Shown here piece after piece: positions 30,012 to 46,401 of a stretch of 64,000 nt of DNA. The stretch is from Eledone cirrhosa (taxonomy: Eukaryota). How positions within the stretch are numbered: the stretch's first letter is position 1; every line of letters begins with the position of its first letter. The DNA is taken from contig OZ024765.1 of assembly GCA_964016885.1 (NCBI GenBank), forward strand, positions 16,430,001 through 16,494,000. The letters run 5' to 3'. The position numbers and the translations under genes were made by a program. Under the pieces are notes generated by a model that was given only the letters and a program-made list of their open reading frames with translations, did no database searches and was not told the DNA's origin.

Positions 30012-30042
<31 letters not shown>

Positions 30043-30149
30043 CATACATGTATACATATATATATACATACATGTATACATATATATATACATACATATA
30101 TACATATACATACATATATACATATACATACATACATACATACATACAT

Positions 30150-30189
<40 letters not shown>

Positions 30190-30484
30190 ACATACATACA
30201 TACATATATATATGCGTAAATTTTGACAGACAGACAGACAGACAGATAGAGATGAGGAAATTAGTTAATACAGTGAGAGATATTCCAAAAAATGAGAAGA
30301 ATGAGTTCGCTGGTGGCTGGTATTGTTTTATAAAGGGACACGTTTGTTGTTAGTCCTTTTAAACCCCTTATTAACTTCCGTGGGGAACATGAAGTCGTTT
30401 GTTAACCACGGAAGTAAACAGGGACTCATAATAGAAATATCTCTTTATAGTATATTATATTAAAATACTGAATACAGAAATAAT

Positions 30485-30668
30485 TGTTTCTACTTTTGGC
30501 ACAAGGCCAGCAATTACCCAGTACATTACTGGTACTTTATTTTATCGACCCCGTAAGGATGAAAGGCAAAGTTAAACTCGGCGGGATTTGAACACAGACC
30601 GTAAAGGGACGTAACTATGCTGGAAAGCATGACGTCCGACTCTCTACTGATACTGCCAATCCACCGCC
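30485..30668 (-). mobile_element. tRNA-derived SINE (octopus-type) with 17-bp TSD
   Basis: Same family as 7878-8072; TSD ctgaatacagaaataat at 30468-30484 and 30669-30685. Confidence 0.92.
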
Positions 30669-31079
30669 CTGAATACAGAAATAATACTAGGTCGCTCTTC
30701 ATCTCTACTGGTCACGTGTAACCCTGTAGAACCTGTGTATTGTCGGGTCGTCGGTACTAATCTGGCAACCACACAAAGCTTCCTTCGTGAGGAGGGTGAT
30801 TTTGGAGACCCTGCAGGATGAAAAAGAGACCCACCAAAGGAGTGAGGATCTCAGGAGAGTAAATGGCCATCGAATAAATTGTTTCTTTTGTGGAGAAGGT
30901 CAGTCTCTAATCGAAGTTCACTCTGATATGAAAACCTGCGACTTCGTTATGATCCAGTCAGATAGACCAGTTCTACTTCTTGGGTAAATACATTTGATGT
31001 TCAGAAAGTGGGATTGGCCCTATACAAAACCTTTACTCTCCACATCATTATATGCATGCATGGATGCGTATTTATGTGC

Positions 31080-31712
31080 GTGCTTACACACACATAGACG
31101 TGCAAGTACATGTATCTCAGCATGTATTTGGATGTATATATTTATGTAGATTTAAATATAAATAATTCTGTGCTCTTTGAACTTTTAAGACCCTTAATTT
31201 TATTAAAACAAAAGAGGTTTGAAAAGAACATTTTTGTCAGCAAGTTATAGGGCCTTCCATTTTTGTCAGCAAGTTATAGGGCCTTTCATTATTACCCTTT
31301 ATTTTCCTCAGAAGAAGAGATCTTAATTTCAAAATATCTGGACATATAAATAAATTAAGGTAACAAATACATAACATGTTGTCATCCGACTTATTTTACC
31401 GTGCTTACACACACATAGACGTGCAAGTACATGTATCTCAGCATGTATTTGGATGTATATATTTATGTAGATTTAAATATAAATAATTCTGTGCTCTTTG
31501 AACTTTTAAGACCCTTAATTTTATTAAAACCAAAGAGGTTTGAAAAGAACATTTTTTGTCAGCAAGGTATAGTGTCTTCCATTGGACACTGGATTATTAT
31601 CCTTTATTTTCCTCAGAAGAAGAGATCTTAATTTCAAAATATCGGGACATATAAATAAATTAAGGTAACAAATACATAACATGTTGTGTCATCCGACTTG
31701 TTTAACCGTCCA
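31080..31712. repeat. Tandem duplication, period about 321 bp, with an internal 29-bp duplication in unit 1
   Basis: gtgcttacacacacatagacgtgcaagtac at 31080 and 31401. Confidence 0.9.
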
Positions 31713-32101
31713 TTTCAAATTCTATAGGTCTCAATATTGTCTATAAAAACCATCTAAACGCTGTGTACGTATTGGGATGCTTTCAAATCGGAGACACTAG
31801 CGATAGATGTTCTGTCCAGAGTTACACGAAACTCCCTGTTAAAATCCTGCCATTCAAATTACAAAGGAATTAGTAACTAATTCCGGACTCGTTGTAAAGA
31901 TGTAACCTATCAAGGTAAGGTATAGCAACTGAGATATAAACTAAATTACTAGGTTTGATAACTAACGTTAACCAACTACGAAATGTGTGGTGTTTTTTAA
32001 CAATGTACACAATCTCAAATAGTCTAGGCACTGTTATCTACATAGAGCACTCTTTTTTCCTGGACTTTTCCGACGGAGTTACTTCACATATATATATATA
32101 T

Positions 32102-32379
32102 GTAGAAGTTCTATTTAAATTGTTGGGATACAACAAGCAAATATGTGAATAAGTGATATAAAGCACTCAACAAATTATTGGAGTAAAAATACGATATATT
32201 AACAAATGGAAACTATATTTATAAAACCATATTTATTTCATTATACATATTTCAAGGACACCAAGTCAAATTATGGTGGGCTTTCATCAGATAAAATATA
32301 ATATAGATCAGTTTTATAAATAAATAAATATTGACATACCCTTAAAGAATGCGACCATTTCTGTTGGAAGCTCCCGGAT

Positions 32380-32382
<3 letters not shown>
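32102..32382 (-). mobile_element. Family F PLE terminal fragment with HHR at 32234-32298
   Basis: Reverse-complement match to 47015-47200; tattttat-CTGATGA-aagcccacca...tggtgtcctt-GAAA-tatgta-TA-atgaaata. Confidence 0.75.
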
Positions 32383-32427
<45 letters not shown>

Positions 32428-32429
<2 letters not shown>

Positions 32430-32713
32430 GGCGGCTTAGGGGTAAGGGTGTTGGATTTACGATCATAATGTTGAGGGTGCAATCCCTGAGCTGGGTTGTG
32501 TGTTGTGTTCCGCAGCAAAATATTTCATTTCACATAGCTCCAGTATACTCAGCTGGAAATGAGTACCAGCATCAATACCTGGGAGTTTAACCCTGTGGTG
32601 GTCTAGAGTCCTGTCCAGGTGGGCGTCTTGTATTCTCAGTAACTTCACATCGTGGAAACCCCGATAAGCACCGGACTGATCAACCTCCCAGCTCGAGGAA
32701 GACTTTAGACTTT
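32428..32713 (+). mobile_element. tRNA-derived SINE, second family
   Basis: A-box-like ggcttaggggt, B-box-like ggtgcaatccc, central domain shared with 44446-44512, agacttt-repeat tail. Confidence 0.75.
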
Positions 32714-32732
32714 ATATATATATATATATATA

Positions 32733-32869
32733 AACAAAGAAGGTGTGGTAAGATACCAGATGGACCATAACGCACCAGAGTACTCGATACGTAGGGTAGT
32801 AGAGTGGGTAACAGGGAAAGAGTTGGGACCCCGGCGGCAGAGCTCAGCCGTCGGGATCCTGACTTTGTT

Positions 32870-32871
<2 letters not shown>
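32733..32871. mobile_element. Family A element with short inversion
   Basis: gtggtaagataccagatggaccataacgcaccagagtactc...; inverted around gagctc; (TA)n flanks. Confidence 0.8.
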
Positions 32872-32925
<54 letters not shown>

Positions 32926-32926
<1 letters not shown>

Positions 32927-33105
32927 GTTATTCCGGGTTGAATCGGAGGTAACCACAGTAAGTAAGGTACTCAATACATTGCAGAGTATAAATGTTTAAA
33001 TATAGATGAGATTCTACAGGACTAGATCTGTTTCATTCTTTAGAAATCATCAGGATTCCTGATGATTTCTAAAGAATGAAACAGTTCTAGTCCTGTAGAA
33101 TATCA

Positions 33106-33112
<7 letters not shown>
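32926..33112. mobile_element. Family G palindromic element with HHR-like core; inversion centre 33056
   Basis: CTGATGA-tttct-aa-agaat-GAAA on both strands; second copy at 47232-47397 with a different junction. Confidence 0.75.
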
Positions 33113-33162
<50 letters not shown>

Positions 33163-33226
33163 AAGAGGTAAACAGAAATAACAACACAATCGGTACAATA
33201 TATGGTAGGGATATATTAGGTTAACG

Positions 33227-33280
<54 letters not shown>

Positions 33281-33290
33281 CGTTAACCTA

Positions 33291-33659
33291 AACATTATTT
33301 AACGGTGTGAAGTCACAGCTGCCAATAAAGAGTACTCATATATAGGTGCCACCTCCACTACATTTAAGGAGCGCTGGTATAAGAATAGAAGCTCCTTTAA
33401 ACATAGGCTGAAGCGATCCCAAACTAGACTGGCCGATTTGATCTGGGACCTCAAAGACAGGAACATCGAATTCCAGATGATATGGTCAGTCAAAAGACGC
33501 GTGGCCCAACTCCCCAGTGACAGAAACCACTGAAGGTTATGCCTGGCCGAGGCGGCTGAGATAATTAAATTAAAATCTGCCATAAACTATAGGTCGGACA
33601 TAATTATCATCTGCAGACACACCAGGTTGTACACCTTCTCTGCACAAACATTCGGCTGA
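33291..33659 (+). pseudogene. PLE GIY-YIG endonuclease remnant with two in-frame stops (not in the ORF track)
   Basis: Manual translation NII*RCEV...YSYIGATSTTFKERW...LADLIWDLK...IWSV...NH*RLCLAE...INYRSD...CRH. Confidence 0.85.
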
Positions 33660-34126
33660 GGGCCGCACACTAACCGTGACCTAACATAATAATAACCACC
33701 TTTGCCCTGTCCCACCGGCCCTCATCTCAGTGCATTTGTTTTATAACATGTAAACCTTTGTATATATCATGCCGCATCCATCACCCCCACCAAAAGACAC
33801 ATCTCCATACACCCCTCATCTCAGTACCATTGTGTTTTATTTGTCCTCTCTGTCAGGTTTTACCTTGTAAACCATAGTAGCATCCGACCCTGTAAATATA
33901 ATATCGATCATGTCACCCCATCGCTACCACCACCACACACGTCGCTATATGTCTACCATCCCACATCCACAATCGTGTTCCTCCATGTTCCATCTGTCAT
34001 TTTTAACCTACAATCCTTCGTAAAATCCGATCCTGTAAATATTCTGTCGCATTGGCTCTCCCCCTTCCTCTATATATGTACTACGCCATCTCCACAGGCT
34101 CTACTCTCTCTCTCTCTCTCTCCCTA

Positions 34127-34163
<37 letters not shown>

Positions 34164-34236
34164 ATATATATATATCTATATATATATATATATATATATA
34201 TAGTATTGGCCGATAATACTTCTTGTTGTTTTAATT

Positions 34237-34274
34237 GCCCTGATGAGTCCTTAATAGGACGAAACATTGTTGGC
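34237..34274 (+). ncRNA. Minimal type I hammerhead motif downstream of the GIY-YIG remnant
   Basis: gcc-CTGATGA-gtcc-ttaata-ggac-GAAA-cattg-TT-ggc. Confidence 0.85.
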
Positions 34275-34421
34275 TAATAAAGACTTTTGATGTATTGAAG
34301 GCTTCTTTGTTTTACTTTCATAATTTTTCGGCTCTGTTTAACTACATTGAGCTATACCTTTTACTGTCATTTCTATAATACGAAGAGGGTGTTTAACTCC
34401 AACACGCTCCAGTATTTTAAC

Positions 34422-34479
<58 letters not shown>

Positions 34480-35080
34480 GTGTATGTATACAACGTTTTT
34501 GTCAGACTAAGTGTGTCTACGTTGTATCTCCTTATTGTACTTGACACCACCTACACATCCATCACACCACCATAAACACCATTACCACAATCAACACCAC
34601 ACACAAAAATCAGTCACAAATATATGCCAAACTGTCTACCGACAATCCACCACCCCCACGCCACAGACCACCTCAACCTGCGACCGTCACCAGCATCTTA
34701 TCATCACATCCACCCCCACATGCACTACAGGCAAAAACATCCCTATGGTCTATTCCACCAATCAAAACAATATTTATTGACCAACATATGAACTTCTGAC
34801 TTTATCACATAGCATGTATTCATTTTCTACTAGCATCTTAAGGGGTCCGTCGAGCTACAGATTGCAGAGTCGGGTAAGATCGATATAGATCGAACCTTGA
34901 GCTGATCAGTGGCGAAACGCGTGTCACCAACCAATAAATGTAATGAAGGGGTAACCAATCGTCCTTGTTATATTTTCAATGAAATATTCTCTGTGTAGCT
35001 CTACTCCTCGACACAGAAGTGAACCTAAACATCGAGTGCTCTCCCGCGTGAACCTACAGTAACTCCAAGTTACACTCCCT

Positions 35081-35135
<55 letters not shown>

Positions 35136-35162
35136 TATATATATATATATATATGTATATAT

Positions 35163-35261
35163 AACGAATGAATTGTTGTAAGGAACCAGTTGGACCATAA
35201 CGCACCAAAGTACTCAATACTTAGGGTAGTAAAGTGGGTAATAGGTAAAGGTATGACCCCA
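35163..35261. mobile_element. Family A element, truncated
   Basis: gtaaggaaccagttggaccataacgcaccaaagtactcaatacttagggtagt. Confidence 0.8.
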
Positions 35262-35731
35262 ATCCTCAGAATATTCTTAGGATTGAAAGCAAAATCTTTT
35301 GCTTTTAAGAAACCACTGGTAAATGGAATAATTGCCTTATGTTGTTTATTACATAACTATTAAGCTCTGTTACCTACATAGAGCACTCTTTTTTGCTGGA
35401 CTTTTCCGACGGAATTGCTTCAATTATATATATATATATATATGTAACGATATACGTAGACGGCACAGAGTTATTTGGCTAGCAATTAAAATCGGTTTTT
35501 AAAAAGACATTCGGTGTCTCAAGTAGTCTAGATACGGAATTACTTCAGACAAGGGAAAACTTGTGTCTTCCATCAAAAGGCAATATAGCAAGAGAGATGA
35601 ATAGAAAAGAGAAGTATATTAAATTTGGAGAAATAGAACAGAAAAAACAAATAACGGATAGGAAATAAACAAAATTAAATATACGATTAAGTCTACAAGG
35701 TATCCAGAGTGATAGTATTTGTGTGTGTATA

Positions 35732-35769
<38 letters not shown>

Positions 35770-35829
35770 AAGATATATGTGTATATGTGCGTGCCTGTAT
35801 GTATACATACAAATGTATAAATTGAGTGT

Positions 35830-36031
35830 GATATATATAGTATATATATTATATATATATATATTATATAATATATATACTATATATATATATTATATAT
35901 AAATATACTATATATATATATATTATATATATATATATATAATATATATAATATATATATATATACTATATATATATATTATATATATATATTATATATA
36001 TATATTATATATATATATTATATATATATAT

Positions 36032-36065
<34 letters not shown>

Positions 36066-36736
36066 TATATAATATATATATATATATATATAATATAATA
36101 TATATACTATATATATACATTATATATAAATATACTATATATATATATATATTATATATATATATATAATATATATACTATATATATATATTATATATAT
36201 ATATATAATATATATATATATATATTATATATATATATATATATAATATATATACTATATATATATATTATATATATATATATAATATATATATATATAT
36301 ATTATATATATATATATATATAATATATATACTATATATATATATTATATATAAATATACTATATATATATAATATATATACTATATATATATATTATAT
36401 ATAAATATACTATATATATATATATTATATATATATATATATAATATATATATATACTATATATATTATATATGAATATACTATATATATATTATATATA
36501 TATAATATATATATATATATTATATTATATAATATATATATATATATTATATAATATATAATATATATATATATTATATAATATATATACTATATATATA
36601 TATTATTTATAAATATACTATATATATATATTATATATATATAATATATATATATATATTATATAATATATATACTATATATATATATTATATATAAATA
36701 TACTATATATATATATTATATATATATATATATAAT

Positions 36737-36767
<31 letters not shown>

Positions 36768-36931
36768 TATATAATATATATACTATATATATATATTATA
36801 TATAAATATACTATATATATATATTATATATATATATAATATATATATATATATTATATAATATATATACTATATATATATATTATATATAAATATACTA
36901 TATATATATATTATATATATATATATATAAT

Positions 36932-36962
<31 letters not shown>

Positions 36963-37100
36963 TATATAATATATATACTATATATATATATTATATATAA
37001 ATATACTATATATATATATTATATATATATATATATACATATTATATACTATATATATACTATATATATATTATATATATATAAAATATATATATATATA
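35830..37100. repeat. Nearly pure A/T complex microsatellite
   Basis: (TA)n with recurring phase shifts and tactat units. Confidence 0.95.
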
Positions 37101-37667
37101 AGACTTTTAAATGTAAAAGATGTTCGAATGCATTAACTAGTATATATAAATAACAATTGTTTTATTGTGTTAACCGCGTGTCGCCAATGGGACAGGAATG
37201 GAATTATTTCTGTGAGGGCATCTATTGAAGATATCCGTCCGTCTCATTGGCTAGTTACTATTTAATTACGTATATTTATAACCGATGATTAAATACGATG
37301 CAACATGCAGTAGCATCAGCAGTAACTGCAACAGGAGCAGCAACAGTAGTAGTAGTATTAGATACTGGTTAGCCGGATATTCGTCCTCCTGATTCTTGAT
37401 TTCGTTTACACATCCTATCTGCCCGTCTGTTAGTCTCTCTCTCTCACGCTCTCACATATATATATATATATAAACACACACACATATATATACGTACATA
37501 GCTATCTAGCTATCTCCTTTTTTTTCACTTACACACAAGCGTAACTCCATTTATTCGTCCCATCACCCGTCTGCCATTGTCTGGTCCATGATGCAATTAT
37601 GTACAGTACAGGTGCATTTATAGAAATATATCACTATCATCTAACATCATCACACGCATATCATGTT

Positions 37668-37732
<65 letters not shown>

Positions 37733-37801
37733 CTATGTATATATATATATACATATAATACATAAATACCTACATATATATACATACATATATATACACA
37801 C

Positions 37802-37874
<73 letters not shown>

Positions 37875-38059
37875 ACGAAGGAAATGTGGTAAGGAACCAG
37901 ATGGACCATAACGCACCAGAATACTCAATACTTAGTGTAGTAGAGTGGGTAATAGGAAAAAGTATGACCTCCACGGCAGAGCTCAAGCCGTTTCGCGGGA
38001 TATTTCTAGAAATAACCGTCGAAACGGCTTGAGCTCTGCCGTCGGGGTCATACTTTTCC
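37875..38059. mobile_element. Family A palindromic element
   Basis: Long arm from acgaaggaaatgtgg; short inverted arm ending ttttcc-(TA)n. Confidence 0.85.
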
Positions 38060-38342
38060 TATATATATATATATATATATATATAACTATATATGTGTGC
38101 GCGTGTGTGTTTGTGTGTGTGATTATGCATGTGTGTGCAGGTAAATACACACATACATTCCGGCATTCATAATCACATACATTCCGGCATTCATAAACGT
38201 ATACATCACTGCCGGACTACAATACTTAATACATATATATATACAACAGGTCGCATGTCCACAGATGCTTATCTCTGTTTGTTTATCCAGAATTCAGTCA
38301 ATTTTCCTAACGTCTTGAATATTATAATGCTAGGATGGAAGA

Positions 38343-41785
<3,443 letters not shown>

Positions 41786-42064
41786 AATCACGTCCTTAGA
41801 ATTATTAGATAAAATATATACCATTTCCTCTACCAATTAGCATAATTAACCATATAAAAAATCCATTAGACCAGGCTATAAGAATAAAGGCTCCTATGAA
41901 GAAATATTCGATAAATAACCGAAAGCGGCCTCTTCACGGTGACCCCAATAGAGTATTTACCCAATATTTCAACAGCATGTAGAAACTGACAAAATATTCC
42001 ATCAACGATTACACAATTAGGTGTAAATTTAAACTTAGTAGAAACCTGTACATACCGTAATCAA

Positions 42065-42144
42065 ATCTCTACCATGGTTTCGTCCGTATTTTTAGATATC
42101 CTACTATTAAGGATGAATCTAGAGTAACGGACTCATCAGGAGAC
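42065..42144 (-). ncRNA. Canonical type I hammerhead motif within a (TA)n-flanked element of about 390 bp (41785-42175)
   Basis: gtctc-CTGATGA-gtccgt...acggac-GAAA-ccatgg-TA-gagat; palindromic stem III ACCATGGT. Confidence 0.88.
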
Positions 42145-42174
42145 AAACTACGGAAGCAACATAGCTACCACTAT

Positions 42175-42204
<30 letters not shown>

Positions 42205-42212
<8 letters not shown>

Positions 42213-42428
42213 AGATCAAAAGATGGCTAAAAGAGTTCCATGTATTTTATTATGCGCATTTCAAAAACAAATATCATCATGCGATAACATTTGCGTTTTG
42301 GTCAGATAAAATAGGGAGACATCTTTTGATCTTATATATTATTTATACCCCAGTCCTACAAACTGTAGAGTGCTATTTATCCGATATCTGCATTGCTTTA
42401 TTGTACTACAAGAAAACTAACCTCCTAC

Positions 42429-42430
<2 letters not shown>
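42205..42430. mobile_element. Family B element, second copy; HHR core mutated to CTGACCA
   Basis: Matches 23428-23545 and 23747-23855. Confidence 0.82.
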
Positions 42431-42478
<48 letters not shown>

Positions 42479-42989
42479 AGTGCGAATATTTCGTTTTCAA
42501 TTCAAATATATGTATCAGATACATGTTCACATGCGTATGTATGGATTTGTCTGTGAATCTATGAGCATTTGCTTGTGTGTGTTTATCCAAATATCTCTCT
42601 TTGCGTACGTGTGTGTACTTTACCCTCTATGTGTATGTATATACAGATATATATATATATATATATGAAAAGCGTGCCCCAAAATATGTATACACATATT
42701 TATTAATATGCATATATATATACATATATATATATATATATTTATTAATATGCATATATATATACATATATATATATATATATTTATTAATATGCATATA
42801 TATACATATATATATATATATATATTCATATGCATATATATACATATATATATATATTTATATTCATATGCATATATATACATATATATATATATTTATT
42901 CATATGCATATATATACATATATATATATATTTATTCATATGCATATATATATACATATATATATATTTATTCATATGCATATATATAC

Positions 42990-43020
<31 letters not shown>

Positions 43021-43171
43021 CATATACATATATTCATATATATATATACACACATATATATGCATTTATATATAAGTATATAAGCATGTATATACATACA
43101 TATATATGTGAGTCTACATTGTTTTCTCTATATATATGCCAGTGTATGTCTTATGTGTTATCTGTATATAG

Positions 43172-43220
<49 letters not shown>

Positions 43221-43595
43221 CATATACACATATATACACACACATAAACATATACATACATATATATATATATATATACATACATACATGTTTAGGCAGT
43301 AGGCAGTTTTATTCGCGCCTATATCTGTGTTGGCGTGCGTTGTTACATTCACAGCTTCACCATCCTATTTGCAATTCATATGCTGCTACAGTTATTCAGA
43401 AGCTATTCCTGCATATTTACAATAAAAATATGTTGTTTTATTGACCCAGAGCCAGGAATTCAGGAATACGTCGTATGGACCTCGTTTATGTGTCCCCAAC
43501 CAACCTAGCACCACCACCACAACCACCACCATTTTCCTCTATTCTATTTGTAGACATACATGCAATCATATATATATATATATATGCGTGTGTGC

Positions 43596-43665
<70 letters not shown>

Positions 43666-43666
43666 G

Positions 43667-43719
<53 letters not shown>

Positions 43720-43874
43720 ATAAGTATACATATATATGTGTATATATATTTATATATATGTGTGTGTACGTAGAGAGATACATGTATGTATATATATATA
43801 TATATGTATGTACATATGTATGTATGTATATATATATATATATGTATATATATGTATGTATATGTATGTATATG

Positions 43875-43919
<45 letters not shown>

Positions 43920-43967
43920 GTATGTATATATATATATATAATAAAAGAGAAAACACAGGTAAGCGTT

Positions 43968-44032
<65 letters not shown>

Positions 44033-44350
44033 TATATACATACATTAGTGGCTAATAATATATGTGGTCCTTTTCAAACAAACCTCCATCTTTAGTTTAC
44101 TTTCTTCTTGCGTCGCCCTATAAAGAGTCTATCATGGCGTCACACTAAATATATTGCCATGTTCCGTTTGCCTGTGCAGGTTTTAAGTCAGCCAATTGGC
44201 AATGTCGTTGTAATATCAGCTAGAATACTTTGGCCGTATTCATTCCGGGTTTCTGCCCAAGATCTGTCGAGTATCATCCCGACATCCCAAGTATCCAATT
44301 GCTCCACCAGAGGTCAAGGGCCTCCGTAAAATGTTACAGCAAGGGCGACA

Positions 44351-44394
44351 ATCGTTGATGCATTTCGAACCTAACTGGTTCTCGTCAGAACGAT
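44351..44394 (-). ncRNA. Canonical minimal type I hammerhead motif (family H)
   Basis: atcgtt-CTGACGA-gaacc-agtta-ggttc-GAAA-tgca-TC-aacgat. Confidence 0.9.
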
Positions 44395-44439
44395 CTCTCC
44401 GACTCTTGCAAATGCCGGACATTGGGGCTTACTAAATGT

Positions 44440-44908
44440 TAATGATGTGTTGTTTCCTTGAGCAAGACACTTTATTTCACATTGCTCCCGTTTACTCAGC
44501 TGTAGAAATGAGATGATAGGGACTGGGGTCCCTATCATTCCACTGCAAAGTGGTCGTGGAGGTGCCACGACAAAAAAGCACCCAGCACTCACTGGAAAGT
44601 GGTCGTGGAGGTGCCACGACAAAAAAGCACCCAGCACTCACTGGAAAGTGGTCGTGGAGGTGCCACGACAAAAAAGCACCCAGCACTCACTGGAAAGTGG
44701 TCGTGGAGGTGCCACGTCAAAAAAGCACCCAGCACTCACTGTAAAGTGGTCGTGGAGGCGCCACGACAAAAAAACACCCAGCACTCACTGTAAATGAGGT
44801 TGGTGTTAGGAAGGGCATCCAGCTGTAGAAATCAAGCCAGAATCAGTTCCCGTCCCACCCTTGCAAGCAGGGAGAAGTGGACGTAAAATGATGATGATGA
44901 TGATGATA
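44440..44908 (+). mobile_element. SINE-like element with RTE-derived 3' end, five 49-bp tandem units and (GAT)n tail
   Basis: Central ccttgagcaagacactttatttcacattgctcc; 44541-44850 matches the RTE 3' UTR at about 18800-18950 (minus strand). Confidence 0.85.
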
Positions 44909-45095
44909 CCTTATTTCTTTAGAAATACGAAATTCAAATACATATCTGTATACAACGATGCTCGAAGCTAAATTCTAATTGTATTCTATTATAGGGTGAG
45001 CCAACTTATACAGCTTCATATGCAAATGAGATTAATCACCTCATTTACACAGACGGAGTAACTATATATTTCCGGCAGTTGCTAGAGCGGGACGG

Positions 45096-45139
45096 ATCGT
45101 CCTGACAAGAACCAGTTGAGTTCGAAATGCATCGACGAT
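45096..45139 (+). ncRNA. Minimal type I hammerhead motif (family H); core variant CTGACAA
   Basis: atcgtc-CTGACAA-gaacc-agttg-agttc-GAAA-tgca-TC-gacgat. Confidence 0.78.
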
Positions 45140-45260
45140 TGTCCCCCTTGCATCTGCCGGGCACCGCCTGGTGGCGTTACCTACCAGTGTGCTATTTACA
45201 GTTATGGATTTCTAAATGTTTATTTATAAACATACCGTATTTCTTTAGAAACACGAAATT

Positions 45261-45314
<54 letters not shown>

Positions 45315-45353
45315 GCTGAGTATGATAGAATAGAAAACGAAAAATAAATTTCA

Positions 45354-45388
<35 letters not shown>

Positions 45389-45391
<3 letters not shown>

Positions 45392-45614
45392 AAAAGGTAT
45401 GACCCCGACGGCAGAGCTCAAGCCGTTTCGACGGCTATTTCTGGACTATTTCAGTCCAGAAATAGCCGTCGAAATAGTCCAGAAATAGCCGTCGAAACGG
45501 CTTGAGCTCTGCCGTCGGGGTCATACCTTTTCCCATTACCCACTCTACTACCCTAAGTATTGAGTACTATGGTGCGTTATGGTCCATCTGGTTCCTTACC
45601 ACATTTCCTTCGTT
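45389..45614. mobile_element. Family A palindromic element with junction duplication
   Basis: Short arm 45389-45452; long arm to ttcgt-(TA)n; agtccagaaatagccgtcgaaa duplicated. Confidence 0.85.
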
Positions 45615-45629
45615 ATATATATATATATA

Positions 45630-45894
45630 TCGTCCGGAAAAGGAGACGGCGGGTCGCGGGCCACATCCTTCGTTTGCCGGCAGATCGACCTGCTCATATT
45701 GCCATGGATTGGGTACCAAAGGGTTGCAGGAGAGAACGGGGAAGACTACGAAAAACATGGCGGAGCACATTCAGGGAGGACCTGTGGGAGATGGGAATTA
45801 CCTGGAAAGGTGCTAGAAGGGCCGCCAGTGACAGGATCAAGGGGAGGAAGCTCGTCGCCCAATGTTCCACAAGGGCCTGGAGGAACTAAGACTA

Positions 45895-45896
<2 letters not shown>
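45630..45896 (+). mobile_element. 3' end of an RTE-like LINE ORF with (ACTAAG)2 tail
   Basis: RRRRVAGHILR...W.P...RERGRLRKTWRSTFREDL...W...A.DR. Confidence 0.8.
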
Positions 45897-45936
<40 letters not shown>

Positions 45937-45938
<2 letters not shown>

Positions 45939-46136
45939 CGAAGGAAATGTGGTAAGGAACCAGGTGGACCATAACGCACCAAAGTACTCAATACTTGAGG
46001 TAGTAGAGTGGATAATAGGAACCAGTAAGACCCCGACAGCTGAGCTCAAGCCGTTTCGACGGCTAATTCTGGACTGAAATAGTTCAGAAATAGCTGTCGA
46101 AACGGCTTGAGCTCAGCTGTCGGGGTCTTACTGGTT

Positions 46137-46138
<2 letters not shown>
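45937..46138. mobile_element. Family A palindromic element
   Basis: Same layout as 37875-38059. Confidence 0.85.
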
Positions 46139-46183
<45 letters not shown>

Positions 46184-46401
46184 GTGGTTACACAACAGTT
46201 AGTTCACCATACCTATAACAATTGCTTCATCTTAGCAGATCCTCAACTTGTAATGGACATGGATATGCGGAACGAGAAGGACAACCGTATGGACGCGCAT
46301 GCGCAGAAACGATCACTTCACCCAGGCAATACAAAATTGCGTGCGAGCGGTGTAAGAGAGATAACTGCGAAAGTCCGAAAGTTTCTAGTTGATAAGAAAA
46401 A

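Noticed and set aside
30787-30987. Faint resemblance to a mariner transposase N-terminus (EGQSLIEVHSDMK)
   Set aside because: Too short, with no TIRs or catalytic motifs
33531-33533. TGA at the first Cys of the endonuclease CxxC motif, suggesting selenocysteine as reported for some Naiad PLEs
   Set aside because: The same copy has a TAA at the conserved Tyr, the two related endonucleases in the window have Cys codons, and no SECIS was recognised; decay is simpler. Conservation of the TGA across family copies would revive it
34895-34930. ctgatcagtggcgaaacgcgtg HHR-like string; similar weak strings near 9145-9185 and 63495-63530
   Set aside because: Core bases or stems I/II do not fit, so these were not counted as ribozymes
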